A stretch of DNA of 64,000 nucleotides from Candidatus Moraniibacteriota bacterium (GTDB taxonomy: Bacteria; Patescibacteriota; Minisyncoccia; Moranbacterales; UBA2206), in the NCBI GenBank assembly GCA_049297495.1, contig JBAQUL010000035.1:21203-85202 (forward strand). The letters run 5' to 3'. Below are positions 37,592 to 46,971 of this stretch, piece by piece. The position numbers and the translations under genes were made by a program. Each line of letters begins with the position of its first letter. Position 1 is the first letter of the stretch. Under the pieces are notes generated by a model, which worked only from the letters and a program-made list of their open reading frames with translations, had not been told where the DNA came from and did no database searches.

Positions 37592-38857
37592 TTAGGGTAA
37601 AAATTTTCCAAACCATTTCTTCATACCATCCACCTTCCCTCCCATATCCGAGATAACCCCCCCAACCATCTTATTTCCAAAACCACCCCCACCTTTTTTG
37701 GACCCCTGATCCTCTTCAAACCCCCACAAAACCAAACCAACCACTGTCGCGAAAGCCGGATCATCAATTTTATCCACTAAACCGCCCAGCGGAGTAGGAA
37801 AGCCGGTTTGTGAAGGTAAGGCCAAAATGTTCTTCGCTAAGTCAACACAACCGGGCAATTTTGCAGTACCGCCGGTAATTACCGCTCCAGCAGGAAGCAG
37901 GCGTTCCTTTCCGATTAACTTTAACTCTTTATTTACCATCGTAAAAATCTCTTCCAGCCGAGCTTCGATTATTTCTGCCACATGATGCCGAGAAACAATC
38001 CCCTCTTCGCTTGAATCCATCTGGGAAAGATCAATATTTTCCTTTTTTCCAATCTCCTTTGGACTCGCATTGCCAAATTCTAATTTAATTTTCTCCGCCA
38101 CATCAATTGAGGTGCGAAGACCAATAGCGATATCATTTGTAATATGATTGCCACCAATCGGGATAACTGAAACACGGAGCAAGTCATTTTCCTCAAAAAC
38201 AGCGACTGACGTTGAACCGCCACCAATATCAACAAGCACAACCCCGAGTTCTTTTTGCCTTTTGGAAAGCACCGCTTTAGCAGCGGCCAAGGGAGAAAGC
38301 ACGAAACTTTCTGCAACAACACCGGCTTCTTCAATGCATTTATTTAGATTTTTAATATGCGGGGTTGATCCCTCAATAATCATGGCATCAACTTCAAGCC
38401 GCACGCCACTCATGCCAAGCGGATCACGAATATTTTTTTGATCATCTAATGAATAGTTTTTGGGAATTATGTGGATAATTTCTTTATTTGGCGGAATCGA
38501 AATGGCTTGCGCAGCATTAATCACGCGAGCAATATCATCAGATACAACCTCACCATCAGCTCTACCAACCGCAATCACACCCTTGGAATATTGTGAAGAT
38601 ATGTGATTTCCTCCAATTCCTGTAATGGCATATTTGACCTCAACACCGGCAGTCCTTTCCGCAATCGCCATAGATTCATTGATTGATTTGATAATCTCCT
38701 CAAGATCAACAATAATTCCACGCCGCACACCAAATGCAGGCGCTATTCCAACGCCAATTACTCGCAAGTTTTCTTCCGTAGGAATAATCTGAGCAATCAC
38801 TGTGCGAGCAAACGAAGAGCCGATATCCAGGCCCACAATAATCTCTTTTTTTGACAT
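37592..38857 (-). CDS. ftsA: Cell-division protein FtsA
   Basis: Actin-like ATPase motifs (IVGLDIGSS, DIGGGST) and a C-terminal amphipathic helix. Confidence 0.85.
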   Translation of the reverse strand: MSKKEIIVGLDIGSSFARTVIAQIIPTEENLRVIGVGIAPAFGVRRGIIVDLEEIIKSINESMAIAERTAGVEVKYAITGIGGNHISSQYSKGVIAVGRADGEVVSDDIARVINAAQAISIPPNKEIIHIIPKNYSLDDQKNIRDPLGMSGVRLEVDAMIIEGSTPHIKNLNKCIEEAGVVAESFVLSPLAAAKAVLSKRQKELGVVLVDIGGGSTSVAVFEENDLLRVSVIPIGGNHITNDIAIGLRTSIDVAEKIKLEFGNASPKEIGKKENIDLSQMDSSEEGIVSRHHVAEIIEARLEEIFTMVNKELKLIGKERLLPAGAVITGGTAKLPGCVDLAKNILALPSQTGFPTPLGGLVDKIDDPAFATVVGLVLWGFEEDQGSKKGGGGFGNKMVGGVISDMGGKVDGMKKWFGKFLP

Positions 38858-38966
38858 GCCTTATTTTTATTTCTTAACTTGCATTATAAATTATATTACA
38901 TTTAGCGATAATCGACAACCCGCCACCGTCCCGCCGAGGCGCGACTACGGCGTGGCGAAGCCCAAA

Positions 38967-39347
38967 TCAAAATCTCCAGAGTGCAAAAATATAGGGTAAA
39001 AATATGATGAAACCAATAATCACTGCAAAAATCGCTGATATAAGGACAATCGCCGCCATCAAATCCTTAATCAGTCGCGCATAAGGGTGTATTCTTGGCT
39101 TAAGAATATCCACTACTCTTTCCACTACGGTGTTTAAAAGCTCCAGAATTAAAACGCCAGCAATCACCAAAACCAGAGCAACCGTTTCCGTTCGCGTGAC
39201 ATTGAAATATGCCATCGCCAAAATCACCACAAAAGAGATCGCCAGCTCATTTTGAAAATTCTTTTCATTCTTGATAACATGCACCAGTCCGCGCAGCGCG
39301 CAAGAGAGGCTTTTGGCAAATTGATCGATTCGGTTTATTCCAGTCAT
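38967..39347 (-). CDS. dgkA: Diacylglycerol/undecaprenol kinase (DgkA family)
   Basis: Three TM helices and the ELLNTVVERVVD motif. Confidence 0.75.
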   Translation of the reverse strand: MTGINRIDQFAKSLSCALRGLVHVIKNEKNFQNELAISFVVILAMAYFNVTRTETVALVLVIAGVLILELLNTVVERVVDILKPRIHPYARLIKDLMAAIVLISAIFAVIIGFIIFLPYIFALWRF

Positions 39348-39411
39348 TGTATAAATAAATTACCATTTAACGAGATCTACTCTAAAATTATTCTTTGTCG
39401 CGCCATATCCA

Positions 39412-39870
39412 CTAGCTGGCGAAGAAGGAGGCTGCCACAGCATCCTGAAGAGCAAACATTTTCTTGCCATGTGAAAATCCAAGCAAATGCAAAACACCAT
39501 GAGCAATGATTCTTGCCAGTTCTTTTTGTAAATCATTTTCTGAGGTACACTCCGCGGCAGATTCTTTAATATAATTATAACACAAAATAAGCTCTCCGAG
39601 AAATAGCTCCGATTCAGAATTTTTTCGCAACTGACTAGCATCTTCATATTCACAAAAAGACAAAACATCTGTGACTTTGTTTTTCTTGCGATAAAGCTTA
39701 TTAATCTCTCGCATCTCGCTTTCCGAAACCCAAGCCATACTCACATTAAGACTCTTATCGTCCAGTTCCAAATAGCCACTCATCTTCAACGTTCTTGAAA
39801 CTACTTTTTTAACAAGCGCTTTTTTGACTGGGCTTTTATCAGTGTTATTGATTTCTAATTTGATTTTCAT
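39412..39870 (-). CDS. ybeY: Endoribonuclease YbeY
   Basis: HGVLHLLGFSH zinc-binding motif. Confidence 0.8.
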   Translation of the reverse strand: MKIKLEINNTDKSPVKKALVKKVVSRTLKMSGYLELDDKSLNVSMAWVSESEMREINKLYRKKNKVTDVLSFCEYEDASQLRKNSESELFLGELILCYNYIKESAAECTSENDLQKELARIIAHGVLHLLGFSHGKKMFALQDAVAASFFAS

Positions 39871-39889
39871 GAAATTATAATTTATCGCA

Positions 39890-40600
39890 TTATTTCTTCT
39901 TTAGGATTAAGATAATATTTTTTCCACTATTCAAAAAACATTTTTCAATTTCAAATCCCATGGATTGAAAAATATTCGAAAGGCTCTTTGGGGTATACAT
40001 ACGATGATAACGAATGAACACCTCTCCTTGATTTACTTGAAATGGAATAAAGATATCACCAAGGCCAAAACCACGATATCTCCCTGATTGAAAAATTTTT
40101 CCCAAAATGGCAGGAAAATTGAGGATATCTTTGCGTCTTTTCTTCTGCCAAAGATTCCAGACCGTAATTACAACTGTTCCGCCAGGCTTCGTGATGCGAA
40201 AAAGTTCTTTTGCCATATCACAAGCGTACTCTTTCGGAAAGTGATGGAAAACTGCCACAGAAATGATTCTATTGAAAAAATCCGCTGGAAATGCTAGACT
40301 GGCTTGACTGGTGACTTTGGAAATAGACGCCGCATGCTCAGGATATCTTACTCTTGCCAAGTCAATCAGCTTTTGCGAAACATCTACTCCGAAATATTCG
40401 ATTTTTTTGTCTTTCAAAATTTCCAAAAGTCGACCATTGCCACAACCATAATCAAGGACTTTATCCCCGTCATGGATATAATCGGCAATAAAAGCGAGGT
40501 CACCCCAAAAGTTTTTTCGAGTATGCGAAAACTTATCCGCTACCAAATCATAGCCACTTTCTGTTTCCTTAAGAATATTTAATATTATCTCTTGTTTCAT
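39890..40600 (-). CDS. Class I SAM-dependent methyltransferase
   Basis: VLDYGCGNGRLL motif I. Start at MKQEIIL (ATG at 40600), only 2 nt from the divergent Elp3 start codon. Confidence 0.7.
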   Translation of the reverse strand: MKQEIILNILKETESGYDLVADKFSHTRKNFWGDLAFIADYIHDGDKVLDYGCGNGRLLEILKDKKIEYFGVDVSQKLIDLARVRYPEHAASISKVTSQASLAFPADFFNRIISVAVFHHFPKEYACDMAKELFRITKPGGTVVITVWNLWQKKRRKDILNFPAILGKIFQSGRYRGFGLGDIFIPFQVNQGEVFIRYHRMYTPKSLSNIFQSMGFEIEKCFLNSGKNIILILKKK

Positions 40601-40602
40601 AT

Positions 40603-42249
40603 ATGTTTCAATCCTACGATGAATTTGTAAAATGTGCAATGAAAGAGCTTGCGACCACCTCTGGTGATTTTTTACGCATTAAAAAAGATATTTCTAAGCT
40701 CTTACAAATTCCCGTTCCGACCAACGCTGATCTGCGTGAAGCTTATGAAAAACTAGTCCTAGCAAGAAAAATTAAACGAAATTTGGCTTTTGAAAACGTC
40801 CTTGTCAGCAAAAAAATTCGCACACGCTCCGGGGTTGCTGTCATTGCAGTTCTCACCAAGCCTTATCCTTGCCCAGGGAAATGTCTCTATTGTCCCAGTG
40901 AATCCAAAATGCCCAAAAGTTACCTCAAAAATGAGCCAGCTGTTATGCGAGCTATTTCTGTCAAATTCAAACCCTACGCTCAAGTGCAAAAACGCTTGCA
41001 CGCATTGGAATTAAATGGACACAAAACAGACAAAATCGAACTGATCGTGATGGGTGGAACTTTTTCCTATTTTCCCAAAAAATATCAAAGTTGGTTTATT
41101 ATGGAATGTTTTCGGGCAGCGAATGATTATGGTCATGAAACATGTAACATAAAACATGAAACAAATACGAAGACGCCCCAGCGGTGGAGAAATGTATCAC
41201 AATGCATTTCTCCTACGACACTAGGCCGCGAACAAAAGAAAAATGAAACTGCCAAGCGCCGGATTATTGGACTAACATTAGAAACTCGACCAGATTATAT
41301 TGATGAAAAGGAAATTCTCAATTTTCGTGCCCTTGGTTGTACTAGAGTGGAACTGGGCGTGCAAAGTATTTTTGATGACGTGCTCAAAAAAAACAATCGC
41401 GGGCACGCTGTGGCCGAAACAATTCGTGCCACAAAACTCTTGAAAAACGCTGGTTTTAAAATCAACTATCACATGATGCCGGGACTCTATAAATCGGACG
41501 CGAGAAAAGATTATCAAATGTTCGAGAAATTGTTCTCCTCGCCAGATTTCCAACCGGATATGCTCAAAATCTATCCAACGGTTGTTCTGCGCGATAGCGC
41601 GCTGTATGCTGTTTGGAAAAAAGGGAAATATAAAGCGTTAACCGACAAACAATTTGAAAAATTCATCCTGCGCGTGAAAGAAAATCTCATTCCACCCTAT
41701 GTCCGCATTGCCCGTCTTGTGCGTGATGTTCCTGCAGAATCAATCATTGCCGGGCCAATTGTTTCTAATTTACGACAATTGATTGCCGAAAAATCGAAAT
41801 GTCAGTGCATCAGATGTCGAGAGGTAGGAATAAATTTCGAACCAGCAGAAGGCATTATCCTTAACCGCATCGACTACGACGCTTCCGATGGCAAGGAAAT
41901 ATTTCTGGAATATGTAACAGAAAATAAGAAAAAATTATTTGCTCTTCTGCGCTTGCGCATAAATCCACTTGAGCTGGAGAATCAAAAAACGGGGGTTTCC
42001 ACTCTCAAAAATTCCGCCATCATCCGCGAAGTACATACTTATGGAAAAATGACTGAAATTGATAAAAAAGACTTGAACTCACCGCAACATATTGGTCTTG
42101 GAAAAAAACTCATTGCCGAAGCCCAGAAAATTGCCAAAGAGGAATTCGGCCTCAAAAAGATTGCCATCATTTCCGGCATCGGAGCGAGAGAATATTATCG
42201 AAAACTCGGCTATCGCTTGAAAGATAGTTATATGGTAAAATATCTTTAA
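40603..42249 (+). CDS. Elp3-like radical-SAM plus GNAT protein (tRNA wobble-uridine carboxymethylation family)
   Basis: CPGKCLYCP radical-SAM cluster motif, ELP3-type middle region, and C-terminal GNAT (HIGLGKKLIAEAQKIA...GIGAREYYRKLGY). Confidence 0.75.
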   Translation: MFQSYDEFVKCAMKELATTSGDFLRIKKDISKLLQIPVPTNADLREAYEKLVLARKIKRNLAFENVLVSKKIRTRSGVAVIAVLTKPYPCPGKCLYCPSESKMPKSYLKNEPAVMRAISVKFKPYAQVQKRLHALELNGHKTDKIELIVMGGTFSYFPKKYQSWFIMECFRAANDYGHETCNIKHETNTKTPQRWRNVSQCISPTTLGREQKKNETAKRRIIGLTLETRPDYIDEKEILNFRALGCTRVELGVQSIFDDVLKKNNRGHAVAETIRATKLLKNAGFKINYHMMPGLYKSDARKDYQMFEKLFSSPDFQPDMLKIYPTVVLRDSALYAVWKKGKYKALTDKQFEKFILRVKENLIPPYVRIARLVRDVPAESIIAGPIVSNLRQLIAEKSKCQCIRCREVGINFEPAEGIILNRIDYDASDGKEIFLEYVTENKKKLFALLRLRINPLELENQKTGVSTLKNSAIIREVHTYGKMTEIDKKDLNSPQHIGLGKKLIAEAQKIAKEEFGLKKIAIISGIGAREYYRKLGYRLKDSYMVKYL

Positions 42250-42270
42250 CCTAATTTTTAATAAAAAACT

Positions 42271-42669
42271 ATGAACCCAAAAATCATCATCGCATCTGGT
42301 CCAGTTATCGTAGAGAACAATAAAGTTCTCCTTGCTGTTCAAGGAGAGGATAATTTCTGGAAGTTTTGCGGAGGAAGAGTGAAGGAAGGTGAGACACTCA
42401 AAGAAACCGCCAAAAGAAGAGCAAAAGAAGAATTGGGGATTGAAATTGAAATCACGGACGAAAAACCACAACTCTTTCACACCACAAAAGAATCCGCAGA
42501 TGGACCAATTGATGTTATCCTTGTACACTACGCTGCAAAACGAATTGGGGAGATAAGACCAGGTTCAGACATTCGCGAATGGAAATGGATCGTAATCGAA
42601 GAATTGGAATCAGAAAATCTAGCACCGAATATTCTTCCAACGCTCATGAGTTTCGGACTTTTTGCATAA
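42271..42669 (+). CDS. NUDIX hydrolase
   Basis: Nudix box GGRVKEGETLKETAKRRAKEELG. Confidence 0.8.
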   Translation: MNPKIIIASGPVIVENNKVLLAVQGEDNFWKFCGGRVKEGETLKETAKRRAKEELGIEIEITDEKPQLFHTTKESADGPIDVILVHYAAKRIGEIRPGSDIREWKWIVIEELESENLAPNILPTLMSFGLFA

Positions 42670-42800
42670 AATACCGCCCCTAGGCCACAAATTGCATCAA
42701 AAAAACACCCGCCAACGCCATTCTTGACAAGATGGCGTTTTTGTGCTAATATTAAAAGCTAAAAAAATAAAACAACTCACAAAAAAGGAGGGGCAGAAAG

Positions 42801-43082
42801 ATGAGATTAACAAATAATTTCATTTACCGGGTCATGGCGGCATACGCCAACCCAAAATATCCAAGAGCTTCAAGAAAGCTCTTGGAAGTACTAATCAATG
42901 GCAACAGTACATATATTGAAATATTCCTGGGCACAGGAGTAAGGAATATGAAAATGGGCTTCTACGAGGAGCTCGTTGTTGCCACTCAAGATAAACGACT
43001 CTTAGGGGCGCGAAGAATTGCACACGCGAAACGCGCAAAATTGCACCAAGAATTCAAAGGGATGCTTGAACATGCGAATTAA
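42801..43082 (+). CDS. Hypothetical protein (93 aa)
   Basis: Strong SD aaggagggg 6 nt upstream of the ATG. Followed by a compound terminator. Confidence 0.45.
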   Translation: MRLTNNFIYRVMAAYANPKYPRASRKLLEVLINGNSTYIEIFLGTGVRNMKMGFYEELVVATQDKRLLGARRIAHAKRAKLHQEFKGMLEHAN

Positions 43083-43103
43083 CATCATTCGCATCTCAAA
43101 ATT

Positions 43104-43145
43104 CAGAAAACCGCCGAATCCTCTCAAGGATAGGCGGTTTTTCAT
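43104..43145. terminator. Bidirectional compound hairpin terminator between convergent genes
   Basis: aaaccgcc / ggcggttt outer stem with inner atcct-ctca-aggat hairpin. A-run 5' and T-run 3'. Confidence 0.6.
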
Positions 43146-43155
43146 TGATTGAAAC

Positions 43156-43818
43156 CTAAATACCATCAAAATACTCAATCACTTGTCCAAAATCCTTGGC
43201 CACATAATCAGCTTCCCTAGTGACATTTTCGCGAAAAACATTTTCAACATAAGCGATAAACTTATTTGCCACGCCAGACCTCCTAACTTCAAAGTCTGTC
43301 CAACCATCTCCAACAATAACAATCTCTCCATGTAAGCCCAAAGACTTAACTTGGTTAGACTTTCCATTAACATTCGCCAGCAAAGAATTTTTATCCACCC
43401 CAGTCAAAATTCCTTTTTCATCAAACACAAATCGATTGGCTAGAACATGACTTCTTTCTATTCCCAATTTATCAGTCGTAGGAAAAATTAAATCTTCAAA
43501 CCCGCCAGTAATAATGAAAATATCTTCTTTATTTTTTCTGAAATATTCCAGATTAGCCAAAATAGAATCGGAAATCTCCCGCTCAAAAGTTTTCGCCACT
43601 TCCGCCACTGTTTTTTTGTCCGTTCTGATGAGTGCGATTCTTCGACTTAAAGATTCAGGAAAAGTAATTTCACCGACCATTCCCAGTTCAGTTATGTTTT
43701 TTATTTCACAAAGAATCTTTTCATAATCAGCATTATTTTCCAGCGCTTTTTCCGCTAACTTATCCAAAGTCTCAACCTTAACTAGTGTACTATCAAAATC
43801 AATAATCAGTTTATTCAT
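43156..43818 (-). CDS. HAD-family phosphoserine phosphatase-like hydrolase
   Basis: IIDFDSTL motif I and GDGWTD motif. Confidence 0.65.
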   Translation of the reverse strand: MNKLIIDFDSTLVKVETLDKLAEKALENNADYEKILCEIKNITELGMVGEITFPESLSRRIALIRTDKKTVAEVAKTFEREISDSILANLEYFRKNKEDIFIITGGFEDLIFPTTDKLGIERSHVLANRFVFDEKGILTGVDKNSLLANVNGKSNQVKSLGLHGEIVIVGDGWTDFEVRRSGVANKFIAYVENVFRENVTREADYVAKDFGQVIEYFDGI

Positions 43819-43838
43819 ATTTTTTAATCAATATATTG

Positions 43839-44876
43839 CTACTTTCCAGCTAACTGCCCACATGCCCCTGCTACCTCCTGCCCAAGACTTTTTCGGATCG
43901 TCACACTCATTCCACCTTTTTCCAGATAGTCTTTGAAGAGATGCGTTTTATTGCCAGAAGAAGCCTTAAATTCTTTGCCAGTTTCATTATAAGCAATCAA
44001 GTTAACATGCAAAAGTTGGCGATTGCCAATTGATTTTAAATAGGTCGAAAGTGCATAAGCGTCTTCTTCGCTATCGTTTATACCTGCGAGCATCACATAT
44101 TCCACGAATACTTGCCTGTTAGTTTTAGAAAAATAATCCTTGAGCGCTTTTTTTAGCTCTTCAAGATTATATTTTTGATTGATTGGCATATACTGATTTC
44201 TCTTAACGTCGCTCGCAAAATGCAAAGAAATCGCCAAATTAATTTGCGAAAATTCTTCGGCCAAGCTTTTAATTCCCTCCGGAATTCCCGCCGTCGAAAC
44301 GGAGATGCTCCGCGAGCCAAATGCGAATAAGTCTTTATCAACAAGGTCGTGCAAAGTTTTTTTCACTTCTTCCCAATTCAAAAACGGCTCCCCCATTCCC
44401 ATGAAAACGACATTCGTCAATTTGAAATTTGAAATTTGAAATTTGAAATTTTTCTCAAGGTACTGCCTCCAAAACAAAACCTGGTCACTAATTTCTTCCG
44501 CCGTTAGATTTCGTTGAAATCCGCTTTTCCCTGTCGAGCAAAAACCGCAATTCAAGGGACAGCCGACTTGAGATGAGATGCAAACTGACCATTTATTTTC
44601 CATAGGCGAAAGCAAGACCGATTCAATTTTATTCCCATCAGCTAATTTCAAAAGTGCTTTCAGAGATTTTTCATCTTTCGAAACTAGAACTTTTTCCACT
44701 TCAAAGGACAAGATTTTCATTTCTTTTTCCAGCTGTTCACGCAAATTCTTGGAAATAGTTGAAATTTCCGAAAAATCAGAAACGCCATCCTGATAGATGG
44801 CTTTTTGAATTTGGCTCAGACGAAATTTCGGTTCGCCGTTTTCAGTGAGAATTTTTTTTAGTTTTTCTAGTTGCAT
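43839..44876 (-). CDS. rlmN: 23S rRNA/tRNA adenine-C2 methyltransferase RlmN (canonical)
   Basis: CISSQVGCPLNCGFCSTG, VVFMGMGEP, VSTAG and GACGQL motifs. Contains an in-frame octamer-repeat insertion (see 44420..44451). Confidence 0.85.
   Translation of the reverse strand: MQLEKLKKILTENGEPKFRLSQIQKAIYQDGVSDFSEISTISKNLREQLEKEMKILSFEVEKVLVSKDEKSLKALLKLADGNKIESVLLSPMENKWSVCISSQVGCPLNCGFCSTGKSGFQRNLTAEEISDQVLFWRQYLEKNFKFQISNFKLTNVVFMGMGEPFLNWEEVKKTLHDLVDKDLFAFGSRSISVSTAGIPEGIKSLAEEFSQINLAISLHFASDVKRNQYMPINQKYNLEELKKALKDYFSKTNRQVFVEYVMLAGINDSEEDAYALSTYLKSIGNRQLLHVNLIAYNETGKEFKASSGNKTHLFKDYLEKGGMSVTIRKSLGQEVAGACGQLAGK
44420..44451. repeat. Tandem octamer (aatttgaa)x4 in-frame inside rlmN, encoding NFKFQISNFK
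   Basis: caatttgaaatttgaaatttgaaatttgaaattttt read directly. The motif is related to the ggaaatttga intergenic repeat family. Confidence 0.7.
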
Positions 44877-44923
44877 ATTATTACTCCAAAGCTCGTGTGC
44901 TCAAAATTAAATTGTCATCCTGA

Positions 44924-45052
44924 GCGAAGTCCGTACTCGGACGTAGTCGAAGGATCTGCCCGCCAATGCCTCAATTTTTATAAATATAAGATAAGCTTCA
45001 GGTAACGCAAAGCAGATTCTTCGACTCTGCTGCGCTACGCTCAGAATGACAG
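44924..45052. mobile_element. MITE-like palindromic element, copy 2 (same family as 34800-34939)
   Basis: tgtcatcctgagcgaagtccgtactcggacgtagtcgaaggatctgccc...gcagattcttcgactctgctgcgctacgctcagaatgacag. Lies in the rlmN-ogt spacer. Confidence 0.65.
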
Positions 45053-45084
45053 AAATGGCTTACTCTTGATAAATACGCAATTTC

Positions 45085-45414
45085 TTACTCAAAACAAAAC
45101 AATTTCTCCTTAAAATCCACCACTTTCCCATCTCTTACTTTTACCCCATCTCTCCTCAAAAGTCCAGCTTTGGCCTTTGTCCCTTGCGCAAAACCACCGA
45201 TTCTTCCATTGGAGCGCACTACGCGATGACAAGGAACAACCGGCGCGTAGGGATTGCAATTGAGCGCATTGCCCACAGCGCGTGACGCACCAGGTCTTCC
45301 AATTGCCTTCGCAATCTGACCATAGGTCGCTACACGACCACGCGGAACCAACTTAGTTTTTGCATAAACTAAATCGGCAAAAGATTTGGAAGTATTTCTC
45401 AAAAGATACTTCAT
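45085..45414 (-). CDS. ogt: Methylated-DNA-protein-cysteine methyltransferase
   Basis: PCHRVV active-site motif. Confidence 0.85.
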   Translation of the reverse strand: MKYLLRNTSKSFADLVYAKTKLVPRGRVATYGQIAKAIGRPGASRAVGNALNCNPYAPVVPCHRVVRSNGRIGGFAQGTKAKAGLLRRDGVKVRDGKVVDFKEKLFCFE

Positions 45415-45432
45415 TTATTTCAAACTAGAAAA

Positions 45433-45987
45433 TTACTTAATTTTATTGCAGCGAGAAGATAATTTTCCACTATCAACAATTTGATTCAATTCTTTTTCCA
45501 GTTCTCCAAATTCATTCCGACTACCGCAATCATAAATCTCCAAAAATGGATCACTATCCACTAGCATGCCATATAGTTTCTCAGGAGAAGGCAATTCCTT
45601 CAAGGCCGCGTATTCTTCCATAGTAAGCTTCAAAAAGCCGCTATTAACACTCACGTTTCCGAAAAGATAACCTTTATTCAATTTTATTGGATAATTATTT
45701 GGCAACATATCAGTCATATTGGGATATGAGACGATCGATTTCTTGTCTTGGGAAACGCCAACAGGAACCAACTTAGCATAATCTGCTTTTGTTTTATAGA
45801 TAATAGTTGAGGGTCCAGCTACTGGAGTGACGTCCGTTTTTTTCATCTCCGTTCCATTTTTGACTTTCTTGCCATCCTCCCCACCTAAAAAACCAGCTCT
45901 TCGCAACAAAACAAAAACGCCGACCGCAACAACCAGCAATAGTACAATTCTGATAATATTCTTCCTAGCAGCCATACTTGTTTCCAT
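45433..45987 (-). CDS. Membrane-anchored hypothetical protein
   Basis: N-terminal TM IIRIVLLLVVAVGVFVLL. No family recognised. Confidence 0.4.
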   Translation of the reverse strand: METSMAARKNIIRIVLLLVVAVGVFVLLRRAGFLGGEDGKKVKNGTEMKKTDVTPVAGPSTIIYKTKADYAKLVPVGVSQDKKSIVSYPNMTDMLPNNYPIKLNKGYLFGNVSVNSGFLKLTMEEYAALKELPSPEKLYGMLVDSDPFLEIYDCGSRNEFGELEKELNQIVDSGKLSSRCNKIK

Positions 45988-46018
45988 CTTTTAATTTAAT
46001 ATAAATCCTTTTAAAATT

Positions 46019-46924
46019 TTAAAGCCCACATAAACTCGCAATTCTCGCGAACTCATCATTAACTATTTTTTGAATCTTACCTAAAATCAATTTATTCTTA
46101 GGAAGAAATAAATGCTTAAAACGTCCTTGGGTTTTCAAAAATTCACTCACCGGTTTTAGGGTTTTTGGTTCCCAATTCAATTTATACTTTCCATTTTCAA
46201 TTTCATAGAGCGGCCAAAAATTGGTTTCTGTCGCCAGCTTCGCAATCGCCACATATTGCGAAGTGGGAAATTTCCAATTATTTGTGCAAGGTGAAAAAAC
46301 CGTCAGAAAACTCGGTCCGTCCACGGCGAGTGCTTTCTTGGCTTTCATTTTGAGGTCAGCCAAATTGGCAATATTTGCTTGCGCGGCATAGGGAATATTG
46401 TGCGCTGCCACAATCCCCATAAGATTTTTTCGCATTTCCACCTTGCCAAAAGACTCATCTCCGACCGGTGTCGTTTCCGTCCCAGCGCCGTAGGGCGTGG
46501 CTGACGATCTTTGATTACCAGTATTCATGTAACCACCATTGTCATAGACAACGTAGAGAAAATTATGTCCGCGTTCGAGTGCGCCAGAAAGTGCTTGGAG
46601 CCCAATGTCATAGGTTCCGCCATCTCCACCAAAGGCAACGAATTTGATTTTCTTCTTAATCTTGCCTTTTTTCCTCATTGCAAGATATGCCCGCTCGACA
46701 CCAGAGATTGTCGCGGCCGCATTTTCAAAGGCACTGTGGATATAGGGCACGTTCCAAGCAGTGTAGGGATAGATAGTCGAAGTCACTTCGAGGCATCCCG
46801 TCGCATTAGAAATCACCACTGGCGTAGTCGCTTCACCCAGAATCGTTCGCACAATTGAGGGAAAAGCGCATCCTGCGCAAGCGCTGTGACCAGGAGCTAA
46901 ATTTTTTGAGAGTTCTTTGTTCAT
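46019..46924 (-). CDS. porB: Pyruvate/2-oxoacid:ferredoxin oxidoreductase beta subunit (TPP-binding)
   Basis: CAGCAFPSIV Cys motif and GGDGGTYDIG TPP motif. Confidence 0.85.
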   Translation of the reverse strand: MNKELSKNLAPGHSACAGCAFPSIVRTILGEATTPVVISNATGCLEVTSTIYPYTAWNVPYIHSAFENAAATISGVERAYLAMRKKGKIKKKIKFVAFGGDGGTYDIGLQALSGALERGHNFLYVVYDNGGYMNTGNQRSSATPYGAGTETTPVGDESFGKVEMRKNLMGIVAAHNIPYAAQANIANLADLKMKAKKALAVDGPSFLTVFSPCTNNWKFPTSQYVAIAKLATETNFWPLYEIENGKYKLNWEPKTLKPVSEFLKTQGRFKHLFLPKNKLILGKIQKIVNDEFARIASLCGL

Positions 46925-46928
46925 GAAT

Positions 46929-46965
46929 TCTCTACGAATTACGAATTTGTACGAATATACGAATT
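46929..46965. repeat. Second copy of the 'tacgaat' repeat (ttctctacgaattacgaatttgtacgaatatacgaatt) in the porA-porB spacer
   Basis: Near-identical to 6681-6717. Confidence 0.7.
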
Positions 46966-46971
46966 GTAATA

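Noticed and set aside
39360-39668. 102-aa ORF overlapping ybeY in another frame
   Set aside because: It overlaps the conserved ybeY gene and is a shadow ORF.
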